In this document: positions 54,878 through 64,000 of the stretch, piece by piece
Layout: the number at the start of each line of letters is the position of its first letter
Position numbering within the stretch: position 1 is the first letter of the stretch
Assembly: GCA_963848295.1 (NCBI GenBank)
Contig: CAWKDB010000010.1
Coordinates: 1,120,001 to 1,184,000, forward strand
Direction: 5' to 3'
Source: an uncultured delta proteobacterium
Lineage (GTDB): Bacteria > Myxococcota_A > Polyangia > Haliangiales > Haliangiaceae
Length of the DNA stretch: 64,000 nucleotides
Notes under the pieces: generated by a model
Database searches by the model: none
What the model was told of the DNA's origin: nothing
The model's input: the letters and a program-made list of their open reading frames with translations, nothing else
Translations under genes and position numbers: made by a program

Positions 54878-56490
54878 TGAAAGTCGCGATCCTTCTTCGC
54901 GAGGAACGTGTAGTACTCGCCCCGCTCGAGCAAGCCGGGGATGTGCATCGTGACCGGCTCGTAACCCCTGCTCTTCCAGAACCCGGCGTCGCCGCACTGC
55001 CATTGAGGGTTCGCGGGCGGCTTCGGCTTGTCGTGCAGCACGTAGCAGTTGAACACGAACGTCGGGTCGTACGACGCGAGCAGCCTCGAGCTGCCGGTCT
55101 TCGTATGGCCGGCGCGCGGGTTCGACCGCGGCTCATCGTGCGCGATCTTGTCCGAGACCAGCCCGAACACGTCGATGGCGGCCATCCGCGCGTAGTACGG
55201 CTGCGCGCCGGCACCGCCGACGATGCTGAAGTCGTCGGGCCGGAAGCACGATGCCATCGCGCGGCCGATCGTCGCGCGGTCCTCGGTGTAGACCTCGAGA
55301 TACGCCGGCGAGTCGATCCCGTGATCGTTGCGACAGATCCGGTGCGCGCACGACTCGACGCTCGCGAGCGTGAGCCGGACCTGGGTGACCGCGAAGCCCG
55401 CGACCAGCGCGATCGGCGCCGCGATCGTGACGATCACCGGCAAGAACGGGTGGAACGCGGGCGTGAATTCGACGGCCCGCTCGAGCCCGAGCACCACGAG
55501 GATCGCGGCGACGACGAACACCGGCATGATGAAGCGGTGCAGCCCCATGAAGTCGCCGCCGACGCTGATCGCGTACGGGATGTAGGCCGCGGCGAGTAGC
55601 CCACACGCGAGCGCGAGCGCGAACCGCGGCGTCCGCGGGCGGATCGCGACGAGCCCGAACAACGCGAGCGGCAGCACGTACAACAGGTGCGTCTGGGTCA
55701 GCCACGTCCAGATGTAGTACAGGCCGTTCGCGTGCATCTGCGCCGCGAACGCCGGGCTCGACCACGGGCCGCTCGCCTTGACGTAGTACGTGTTGGGAAA
55801 CCAGTGGCCGTAGTACCAGAGCCGCCACGCGAACCACGGCGCCCACACGACGAGGAACGCGGCCGCCGCACCGAGCTCGCCGCGCGCGATCCACGTCCGG
55901 CGCGCGACGACGTTGCACGCGAACCGCACCACACCGAGCACCGCGGCGACGAGCAGGCCCTCGGGCCGGGTCATCGCGGCGAGCGCGAGCGCGAACCCGG
56001 CGCGGCGCAGCGCGCGGTCGCCGTCGCCGTCTTCAGCCGCGACCACGCCGTCGATCGCGAGCACGCAGGCGAGCGTGAACAGCTGGGTCTCCAGCCCGCC
56101 CGAGGTCCAGCATGCGAACCCCGACGAGCACGCGAGCAACAGCGCCGGCACCGCGGCCCACGGCGTCTTGCGACCGAGCGCGCGCTCCATCGTGCGGAAC
56201 ACGACGTAGAGCGTCGCCAGCGCGCACAGCGTGCCGAGCACGCGCGACGCGATCTCCGGCGGAATCCCGGCGACCATCAGCAAGCCGAGCAACACGGTCC
56301 AAGAAAAGTTCGTATAGCCCTCGACCGGATGGCCGAGGTTGAACGTCAGCTGACCGTGCTCGGCGAGGTTGCGCGAGAACACGAACGAGATATAGGCGTC
56401 GTCGGTGACGAAGTTATAGACCAGCGAATGGGCGACGAGCACGCCGGCGGCCAGGGCGAGCAGCAGCCAGCGCGCGCGGTCGGACGTCAT
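54856..56490 (-). CDS. GT-C fold membrane glycosyltransferase (AftB-like)
   Basis: TDDAYISF, VEGYTNF, SGGLET, TRPEG, PNTYYVK, GGDFM...RF, DVFGL...GH. Confidence 0.8.
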   Translation of the reverse strand: MTSDRARWLLLALAAGVLVAHSLVYNFVTDDAYISFVFSRNLAEHGQLTFNLGHPVEGYTNFSWTVLLGLLMVAGIPPEIASRVLGTLCALATLYVVFRTMERALGRKTPWAAVPALLLACSSGFACWTSGGLETQLFTLACVLAIDGVVAAEDGDGDRALRRAGFALALAAMTRPEGLLVAAVLGVVRFACNVVARRTWIARGELGAAAAFLVVWAPWFAWRLWYYGHWFPNTYYVKASGPWSSPAFAAQMHANGLYYIWTWLTQTHLLYVLPLALFGLVAIRPRTPRFALALACGLLAAAYIPYAISVGGDFMGLHRFIMPVFVVAAILVVLGLERAVEFTPAFHPFLPVIVTIAAPIALVAGFAVTQVRLTLASVESCAHRICRNDHGIDSPAYLEVYTEDRATIGRAMASCFRPDDFSIVGGAGAQPYYARMAAIDVFGLVSDKIAHDEPRSNPRAGHTKTGSSRLLASYDPTFVFNCYVLHDKPKPPANPQWQCGDAGFWKSRGYEPVTMHIPGLLERGEYYTFLAKKDRDFQCPGRVK

Positions 56491-56521
56491 CGGGGAAAAC
56501 ATAGTAGCCTTTCGCGGAAGC

Positions 56522-59165
56522 ATGCGACGGCCACTCGGTGACGTGCTCGGCACCGGCGCGCTGGCCGGCGTCTACGCCGGACTGGCGGCTGGGGCGATCG
56601 ACGCGATCTGGTCGTGGGCACCCGCCGCGCAGTTCGCACACGGCTTCGTCACGCGGCTGCGGTTCGTCGCCTACAACACCGTCGCGCACGGGCTGGCCGG
56701 GCTCGCGATCGGCTGCGTGCTGACCGCGTTCCTGCTCGCGATGTCGCGCGGCACCCGGCTCGGCGACTTGCTGCGGTTCGCGTTCGCGGATCACCGAGCG
56801 CGGCAGAAGGTCGATCCCCGCTCCACCGTGGTCGGCCTGTCGATCGTGCTCGCCGGCCTGCCGTCGCTCGCGGCGCTGCTGTTCATCGCGTATCGCGCGA
56901 CGCTGCCGTTCGTCACCGGCCGGCACGAGCTCGGGCTGGTCGTCGTCGTCGCGATGGCGGTGACGGTCGTCGCGATCGGGCTCGCCGCGATCGCCGCGTT
57001 CGTGCTCGGGCGCGCGCTCGAGGTCCCGCTCGGCGCGCTCGCACTGCGCGCACGCGCCGTGTCATCAGTGTGGGCGCCGTTCGTCGCCGCGGGCATGCTC
57101 GCGATCATCGGCTCCATCGTGTGGGCGCTGCACGACCGGGCCACTGCTCGTGTGCTGCCGCTGCGAGCGCCGATCGTGCTCGCGCTCGGCTGCGTGCTCG
57201 CGATCCCGGCGAGTCGACTCGCGCGACGCACGCTCGAGCACGCCGCGAAGCTTAGAGCCTGGCCGCGCCGCGCCGCCTGGCTCGCGCTGCCGGTGGTGCT
57301 CGTCGCCGCGATGCTCGGCGCTGGCAGCTCGCCGGCGGTGATCAAAGCGGCGACGATGTACACCGGGCTCGGCGGGCCGATCGCGCACGCGATCCGGCGC
57401 GCGGTCGATCGCGACGGCGATGGCTTCTCACCGCTGCTCGGCGGCGGCGACTGCGACGATAGCGATCCGACCGTGCACCCCGGCGCGCCCGAGATCCCCG
57501 ACGACGGCATCGATCAGAACTGCGTCGGCGGCGACGCGAGCCTGAAGTATGTCGCGAACGACACCGCGTTCGCGCCGGTGCCGCCGACCGTGCCCGCCGA
57601 CTTCAACGTCGTGCTGATCACGATCGACACGACCCGCGCCGATCACCTCGGCGCCTACGGCTACTCGCGGCCGACGTCGCCGAACCTCGACAAGCTCGCC
57701 GCCGACGGCACGTTGTTCGTCAACGCCTGGGCCCACGCGCCATCGACCCGATACTCGATGCCGGCGATCCTGACCGGCCGGCTGCCGCTCGATGTCTACT
57801 ACGATACCTCGGTCCCTGGCTGGCCCGGGCTGTCGATGAAGGCGACGACGATCGCCGAGCTGCTCCAACCGCTTGGCTTCGCGACCGGTGCGATCACGAA
57901 CTACGAATACTTCGACGCGCTACCGCCACATGGATCAAGGGTTCGCGGAGTACGACAACGAGGACGCGAAGCTGCACACCGCGGTGCCCGGCTCGGGCCC
58001 CGCGCACACCCACGGCAGCTCGTCGAAGCAGCAGAGCGACAAGGCGATCGCGTTCGTCGATCGCCACGCCAACGATCGGTTCTTCCTGTGGGTTCACTAC
58101 TACGATCCGCACTTCGACTACGAGCCGCACCCCGAGGTCCCGTCGTTCGGCAAAGAACCGATGGACCTCTACGACGGCGAGATCCGCTTCACCGACATGC
58201 ATATCGGCCGCGTGCTCGACGAGCTCCGCGCGAAGGGCCTGTACGACAAGACCGTCGTCGTCGTCACCGGCGATCACGGCGAGGGCTTCGGCGAGCACGG
58301 CGTGTTCGAGCACGGCTATCATCTGTACTCCGCGCAGACGAAGGTGCCGCTGATCATCCGCGTCCCCGGCATCCCCCCGCGCAGGGCGGCAACCCCCGCC
58401 GGACATATCGACATCATGCCGACCCTCGTAAATCTCGCCGGTGGCAAGCCGATCGCTGACATGATGGGACGCTCGTTAGTCGATGTACTGGCCGGCAAGG
58501 ACTTCGATCGCACCGTGTTCCAACAGCTGTCGTACGAGGGCAACCACGAGATGCGCGGCGGTGTCGACGAGCACTGCCACGTTATCTACAACATCAGCCC
58601 GGACACCAGCTGGGAGGCGTACCTGACCGCTACCGACCCGGCCGAGACCGACGACGTCTCCGACGACGATGACTGCACGGCGACGCGGACCGCGGTCGAA
58701 CACTGGTACGACGCGTCGCAGATCCCCGAAGGCGCCGCGGGCGCACTGCTGCACGAACGGCCGGTGATCGCGAACCCGCTCGACGCCGATCTCGGCAGCT
58801 CGGTGCGGTTACTCAGCGTCGATGCGCCCGCGAAAGCCAAGCCCGGCGAACCGATCGAGCTGACGTGGACGTTCGAAGCGCGCGGTCGCGTCGCGCCGGG
58901 CTGGAAGTTGTTCGTCCACCTCGACGGGCCGAACCGAGCGTTCGTCAACGGCGATCACGCGCCGGCGTGGCGGTTCGAGTGGTGGCACCCCGGCGAATTC
59001 ATTCGCTACAAGACGACGGTCACGATCCCGCGCGTGCCGCTCACCGGCAAGTACACGGTCAACGTCGGCTTGTTCCGCGGCACCGAGCGCATCCACGTGA
59101 CCGCCGCGCACGCCGAAGTCAAAGACAACGCGGTCGTCGCCGCGACGATCGAGGTCGGACCTTGA
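56522..59165 (+). CDS. Multi-TM sulfatase/LtaS-like alkaline-phosphatase-superfamily protein with Asp/Cys metal-binding motif (frameshift near 57920)
   Basis: DCDD...[30 protein letters not shown]...LTGR, HYYDPH, GDHGE. Confidence 0.85.
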
Positions 59166-61195
59166 CGATCCGCCAGCGTCGGCTGATCCACGCGGCCGGC
59201 TGGGTGCTGGTGGTGATCCCAGCGATCTACCAGCTCGTGTTGCTCGCGACCGCGATCGCCGGCCGGATCGGCTATCCGTACGACCTCGAGTGGATGGAGG
59301 GCGGCATGCTGCACCACGCGCAGCGCATCTCCGACGGGCAGCCGCTGTACGCGCCGCCATCGATCGAGTTCATCCCCTACCTGTACACGCCGCTCTACCC
59401 GGCGGTGCTCGCGATGCTCGGCAAGGTGTTCGGGCTCGGCTACACGCTCGGTCGCGCGATCTCGGTGTTGTCGCTCGTCGGCATCGCGCTGATCGCGCTC
59501 GTTCCCGCGATCCGCGATCGCGAGCGACCGCGCGGTCCCGCGTGGGCGGGGGCGCTCCTCGCGCTTGGCTTGTTCGCCGCGACCTATCCGTACGTCGAGG
59601 GCTGGTTCGATCTCGTGCGCGGCGACACGTTGTTCTTGTTGATGGTGACGGCCGGCATCGCGGCACTCCCCGGCTGGGCGAGGAGCGAGGGCGTCGCGGG
59701 CCACGGTCGAGTCGCCGCCGGCGCCGCCCTGCTCGCGTTGTCGTTCTTCTGCAAGCAGACCGGCATCTTCTACGTCGCGTTCGGCGGCGCGATCGTCGCG
59801 GTCGTGGCCTGGCGGCGGACCGCAACCTACGTCGCGGTCGCCGGCGTGATCGGTCTCGGGTTCACCGCGCTGTTCGATTCGGTGACCGGCGGGTGGTTCT
59901 GGATCTACGTGTCGAAGATCCACCGGGCGCACGACTTCAACATGCACCGGTTCTGGTCGTCGTTCGGCCACATCCTGTGGCACTTCCCGGCGCTGACGAT
60001 CGTCGTGGTGCTCGCGCTCGTCATCGTCCTGGTGACGTGGCGGCTGACCGGCGAGCTGCCCGCGCGCGCGAAGCCGTTGCTGCTGTGGTCCGCCGCGTAC
60101 GCGGTCTCGACCGTCGTGGGCGCGGTCGGTTGGGGCACCGAGTTCGCGCGCTACAACGCGTACATCCCGGCGCTGCTCCACGGCGCGTTCGCCGCGGGTG
60201 CGGCGATCCCGGCGGTCGCGGCCTGTGCACGGCAGTGGCACGATTCGGAGCTCGCGCCGACGGCCGCGGCTGGCGTCCTCGCGCTCGCGCTCGCCGGAAC
60301 GCTGATCACCGCGCGGTGGAAGCCGTCGAGCTTCATCCCGACCGACGCCGACGTCGCGGCCGGCGACGCTTTGATCGCCCACCTGCACGGACTCGAGGGC
60401 GACGTGTGGATGCCGTCGCATCCCTGGTACCTCGTGCTCGCCGGCAAGGCGGCGCACGTCCATCGCATGGGCGTGATGGACGTCACGAGGCGCGAGCCCC
60501 GACCGATCGCCGGCCTCGACGAGGCGCTGCGCACCCATCGGTTCTCCGCGATCGTCCTCGACAATCGCGATCTGTTCACAGAGCTGCCGCAGCTGCGCGC
60601 GACCTATCACGCGGCGGTGAAGCTGCCCGAGCAAGAGCGACCGCGGCTGTACAGCGGCGCGGGCGGCGCGCACATCCCTGGCGAAGCTCCGCTGTTCCCC
60701 GAGACGATCTGGGTGCCGGCGATCCCGGCGACGCCGCCGCGTGGCGCGCACGCGCTGTTCGACTTCGAAGCTGGATCGTGGGCCGGCTGGATCCGCTCGG
60801 GCGGCGCGTGGGGCGAAGGCCCGGCGGCCGAGCCGCTGCCCGGGCAAGACCTGGTCGCCGGCGCGACCGGCTTGCGTTTCGCGACGAGCATGCACGGCGG
60901 CGACGCGGCGACGGGCCGCGTGAGCTCGCCGGAGTTCGAGATCGACGGCGCGAAGCTGACGATGATGCTCGGCGGCGGTAGCGACGAGACGAAGCTACGC
61001 CTCGAGCTGTGGGTCGACGGTGCGATCGCGCGGACCGCGGGCGTCCCGTTGCCCGGCGGCGATACGCTGCGCGAAGCGAGCTGGGACGTCAGCGAGCTGC
61101 GAGGCAAGCAAGGCCGGCTCGTGCTCGTCGACGATGCGACGACGCCCGGCGGCCACATGGATGTCGACGACATCTGGCTGTGGGCGGCTCCCTAG
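59162..61195 (+). CDS. GT-C fold membrane protein with C-terminal beta-sandwich domain
   Basis: LEWMEGG, YTPLYP, RGD, KQT motifs; FDFE...LVLVDD...GHMDVDD; TTGA overlap. Confidence 0.75.
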   Translation: MTIRQRRLIHAAGWVLVVIPAIYQLVLLATAIAGRIGYPYDLEWMEGGMLHHAQRISDGQPLYAPPSIEFIPYLYTPLYPAVLAMLGKVFGLGYTLGRAISVLSLVGIALIALVPAIRDRERPRGPAWAGALLALGLFAATYPYVEGWFDLVRGDTLFLLMVTAGIAALPGWARSEGVAGHGRVAAGAALLALSFFCKQTGIFYVAFGGAIVAVVAWRRTATYVAVAGVIGLGFTALFDSVTGGWFWIYVSKIHRAHDFNMHRFWSSFGHILWHFPALTIVVVLALVIVLVTWRLTGELPARAKPLLLWSAAYAVSTVVGAVGWGTEFARYNAYIPALLHGAFAAGAAIPAVAACARQWHDSELAPTAAAGVLALALAGTLITARWKPSSFIPTDADVAAGDALIAHLHGLEGDVWMPSHPWYLVLAGKAAHVHRMGVMDVTRREPRPIAGLDEALRTHRFSAIVLDNRDLFTELPQLRATYHAAVKLPEQERPRLYSGAGGAHIPGEAPLFPETIWVPAIPATPPRGAHALFDFEAGSWAGWIRSGGAWGEGPAAEPLPGQDLVAGATGLRFATSMHGGDAATGRVSSPEFEIDGAKLTMMLGGGSDETKLRLELWVDGAIARTAGVPLPGGDTLREASWDVSELRGKQGRLVLVDDATTPGGHMDVDDIWLWAAP

Positions 61196-61219
61196 ACCGA
61201 ATCGTGCGATCGTGCGTTC

Positions 61220-61825
61220 ATGACCACGACGATGAATCGCCTCTCGCTAGCCACCGCGAGCACGCTGTCGCTGTTCGCGGCAACCGCGATCGCCGATCGC
61301 GCGGGCCCGTCGCCGTCGCAGCCGCAGGTGATCGTCGCGCCCCCGCGCCCGAGGCCGGTCAACCCGATCACCGCTGGAACGCCCTCCGCGCAGATCGCGA
61401 CCGTCGGCACCAAGCTCGCGGGGTCGTACAAGTGCAAGGGCGTGTCGTTCGCCGGCGACGGCTCGTCATCGCCGTTCACCGCGAAGCTCGTGATCAAGCT
61501 CGATCTCGACAGCGCGTGGATCCAAGCGCAGCTGGCCGAGGACGCGCCCGGCACGATGAAGCTCACCGACTTCCGCACGTTCGACGAGATCGCGAAGCAG
61601 TGGACGCGGATCGAGCTGCTCGCGACCTCGGGCCACGTCGAATCGACCTCGCTCGGCGAGAAAGACGGCAAATGGACGTGGACCGGCACGACGATCTCGC
61701 CGACCGGATCGATCCAGACGCGCGACTACGAGCAACAGATCGGTGCGAAGCAGCTCAAGCTGTGGGGCGAAGCGTTGCTCGCCGGAACGTGGACGAAGTC
61801 GTACGAAGTCACCTGCCGCAAGTAG
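61220..61825 (+). CDS. Secreted beta-barrel-type protein (DUF1579-like)
   Basis: Signal peptide, LAGSYKCKG, FDEIAKQWTR, C-terminal TCRK. Confidence 0.7.
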   Translation: MTTTMNRLSLATASTLSLFAATAIADRAGPSPSQPQVIVAPPRPRPVNPITAGTPSAQIATVGTKLAGSYKCKGVSFAGDGSSSPFTAKLVIKLDLDSAWIQAQLAEDAPGTMKLTDFRTFDEIAKQWTRIELLATSGHVESTSLGEKDGKWTWTGTTISPTGSIQTRDYEQQIGAKQLKLWGEALLAGTWTKSYEVTCRK

Positions 61826-61839
61826 CGCGCTCGGCGCGA

Positions 61840-63540
61840 TTACCTCGGGCGCTCGTAGACCGAAACGATCGGTACGCCGTCGAACCGCAGCACGAACACC
61901 GGTTGCACCGTGCCGTAGGACTTCCAGATCAGATAGTCGTGGCGATTGAAATGTAACTCGTGGATGACAAGGGCGAGCTTACTGCGCTCGATGCCCGCGA
62001 CCTCGTTGCCGCTGTCGGGATAACCCGCCGGCAATAGGCCGAGCTTCTTGTACCAACCCCACGCCGGCGACGCGTCGTGCGAGTAGACCGGACCGGGCGG
62101 CTGGCTCGCGATGAACGGCAGGACGCCGCGCGCGGCGACTCCCCAGAACTGGCGATTCATCCCGAGGTCGGCTCCGCCCGGCACACCGCCGGCGGCGGCG
62201 TTGTACCAACTCAACGCGTACGGCCGGCTCGCGAGCGTTTCGCTGCCCGCCGCGACGACGATCGCGACACCGACCACCCAGAGTGCGGCGATCCGGGCGA
62301 GCGGCTCCGAGATCCGCCAGCGCTCGATCGCGAGCTGCGTCGCGCGACGCGCTGCCCACCCCGCGCCGACGCCCGCGGCGATACAGATCGTCGGCAACGC
62401 CGGCATCCAATGTTTCTCCGCGCCGAAGATCGGCGTCGTGCCGAGCAAGAACGGGCCGATCGACGCCGCGGCGGACAAACCGAGCAACAGCGCCGGTAGC
62501 CGATCGCGCGTCGCGCCGCGCCAGCCGTTCGCGATCCACACCCCGGCGCCGAGCGCTGCGGCGAGCAACGTGACGACGGGCACGGTGAACAGCGTCGTGA
62601 CGAGCGCGACGTGCCAGGGGAACGGCGGCGCGTTCCAGTTCTTGCCGAGGTACTCGTAGTTGTAGTGGACGTGCTTGAAGTGAAATCCCAACCAGGCGAC
62701 CACGTGGCCGATCGGATCGAGCCACAGCCATGGCCACAGCGCGAACAGCACGAGCGGGCCGAGCACCACGAACGACAACACGACGCGCCCGCGATAGGCA
62801 AGCAGCCCGGCCGGCGCCGCGAGCAAGGGCCGCCAACCGAACTGGCGAACCGCGAGCACGGTGTAGTGCGCGCCGAGCGCGAACGGCAACAGCACCGCGT
62901 TGTGCTTCGTCGCGAGCGCGAGCCCGAACGCGACGCCGACCTGCCATGGCCACTTGCGGCCCTCGCCGGCCGGGGCTCGCCCCTGGCCGGCAGCATCGCC
63001 GGATGGCGATGCGGTTCGATCGAGACAGCGCCAGTACGCGTAGATCGTGGCGAACCACATCGTCATGATCGGCGCGTCGAACGCGGCGAGGCCGGCGTGA
63101 AATAACGCGCGCGGCAGCAATAGCAGGCACAGCGCCGCGAGCACGGCTTCGGCGAGCCCCCACAGCTCGAGCGTCATCGTGTAGACCATCACGACGAGGG
63201 CGGCGTGGGCGAGCGCGGTCGGCACGCGAAACGCGGTGAGCTCGTCGACGATCCCGAGCTTGTCGGCGAGCAGCCAGTGCGCGAGGCCGTCCGCGGTCTT
63301 CATCAACGGCGGGTGCTCCGAGTTCGTCGGGCCGCCTGGCGCGCCACCGAACGTCGCCGTGATCGACTTTGCATCGATGCCGTGACTGAACGTCGCGAGC
63401 CCGAGCCACCAGTCGGCGTAGCGCTCGCCGGCCGCCATGTAGACCGTCTCGTCGCGTGCGATGCCGACCGAGCGCTGGTTGTACATCGTGCACGCGAACG
63501 TGATCAGCGCGAGCGCCCAGCCGAGCGCTCGGCGCTTCAT
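61840..63540 (-). CDS. GT-C fold glycosyltransferase (GT39/ArnT-like)
   Basis: ARDETVY, EHPPLMK, FDAP, ATKHNA, PYALSWYN. Confidence 0.85.
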   Translation of the reverse strand: MKRRALGWALALITFACTMYNQRSVGIARDETVYMAAGERYADWWLGLATFSHGIDAKSITATFGGAPGGPTNSEHPPLMKTADGLAHWLLADKLGIVDELTAFRVPTALAHAALVVMVYTMTLELWGLAEAVLAALCLLLLPRALFHAGLAAFDAPIMTMWFATIYAYWRCLDRTASPSGDAAGQGRAPAGEGRKWPWQVGVAFGLALATKHNAVLLPFALGAHYTVLAVRQFGWRPLLAAPAGLLAYRGRVVLSFVVLGPLVLFALWPWLWLDPIGHVVAWLGFHFKHVHYNYEYLGKNWNAPPFPWHVALVTTLFTVPVVTLLAAALGAGVWIANGWRGATRDRLPALLLGLSAAASIGPFLLGTTPIFGAEKHWMPALPTICIAAGVGAGWAARRATQLAIERWRISEPLARIAALWVVGVAIVVAAGSETLASRPYALSWYNAAAGGVPGGADLGMNRQFWGVAARGVLPFIASQPPGPVYSHDASPAWGWYKKLGLLPAGYPDSGNEVAGIERSKLALVIHELHFNRHDYLIWKSYGTVQPVFVLRFDGVPIVSVYERPR

Positions 63541-64000
63541 CGCCGCGCCTCGGCGGCGAAACAGATCTGGCGCTGCGCCGCATCCGCGCTCGCGACGAAC
63601 GTGACGTCGGCGGTGCCGGGCTGCGTCTCGACCTCGAACTTGACCCAGCCGTCGTCGACGCCGGGATGCACGACCGCGACCCGGCGATGAGCGACCTCGA
63701 CCTCGAGCGTGCCCGGTGCGCGAATGTCTCGGCGCGTGAACACGTCGGCGAGCCCGACATAGCCGACCAGCGAGCTGCCGAGCGGCACCGCCGGGAACGT
63801 CACGCGGATCGGCCGGCCGGGCACCGGCGTCGCCTGGATGCAGCGATGCGGCTGAAAGCCGACCTCGGCGAGCTCGAGCTTGGCGGCGCCGCCGTCGATC
63901 GACGCACCGGCCAACAACGTGCGCACGTCGGCGAGCACCGTGACCGGCGTGCGCTCGAACAGCTCGACGCTCACACCGTCGGCATCGACCGCCGAGGTCG
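63537..64000 (-). CDS. 5'-partial protein, C-terminal extracytoplasmic domain
   Basis: Open frame to the window end; stop overlaps the next gene's ATG. Confidence 0.6.
   Translation of the reverse strand, partial: TSAVDADGVSVELFERTPVTVLADVRTLLAGASIDGGAAKLELAEVGFQPHRCIQATPVPGRPIRVTFPAVPLGSSLVGYVGLADVFTRRDIRAPGTLEVEVAHRRVAVVHPGVDDGWVKFEVETQPGTADVTFVASADAAQRQICFAAEARR

Overview
High-GC bacterial chromosomal segment whose gene content (pilB-pilT-pilC-pilS, Ser/Thr kinases, TPR and lipoprotein modules, a TonB-domain-fused TonB-dependent receptor, an MXAN_5808-like S41 protease) suggests Myxococcota (inference). Many genes are split by single-base indels in patches, most likely long-read consensus errors, so several CDS coordinates are reconstructed across frames. 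Layout: secreted/lipoprotein genes (1-3.1 kb); type IV pilus core without pilR/pilA (3.5-9.3 kb); kinase-TPR-lipoprotein triad (10.3-13.6 kb); a ~15 kb metal-homeostasis island (13.8-28.6 kb); housekeeping and signalling genes including miaB, cyaY, an orphan CheA-like kinase, OmpA, apbE, rsmI, an RpoH-like sigma factor and an S41 protease (28.7-51 kb); and a GT-C glycosyltransferase/sulfatase-like surface-modification cluster (52.8-64 kb). The best candidate for a new system is the metal island. It has two Fur-family paralogues, a recurring TGCAW-N5-WTGCA operator, a His-rich leader ending in APKTSPP in front of the receptor, a ZIP-permease fusion, a His-rich duplicated protein, an SmtB-type repressor, and three HflK/HflC-like SPFH genes coupled to a P1B-type ATPase that lacks the usual transmembrane Cys ligands. 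No rRNA, tRNA, CRISPR array or intact transposase was recognised.
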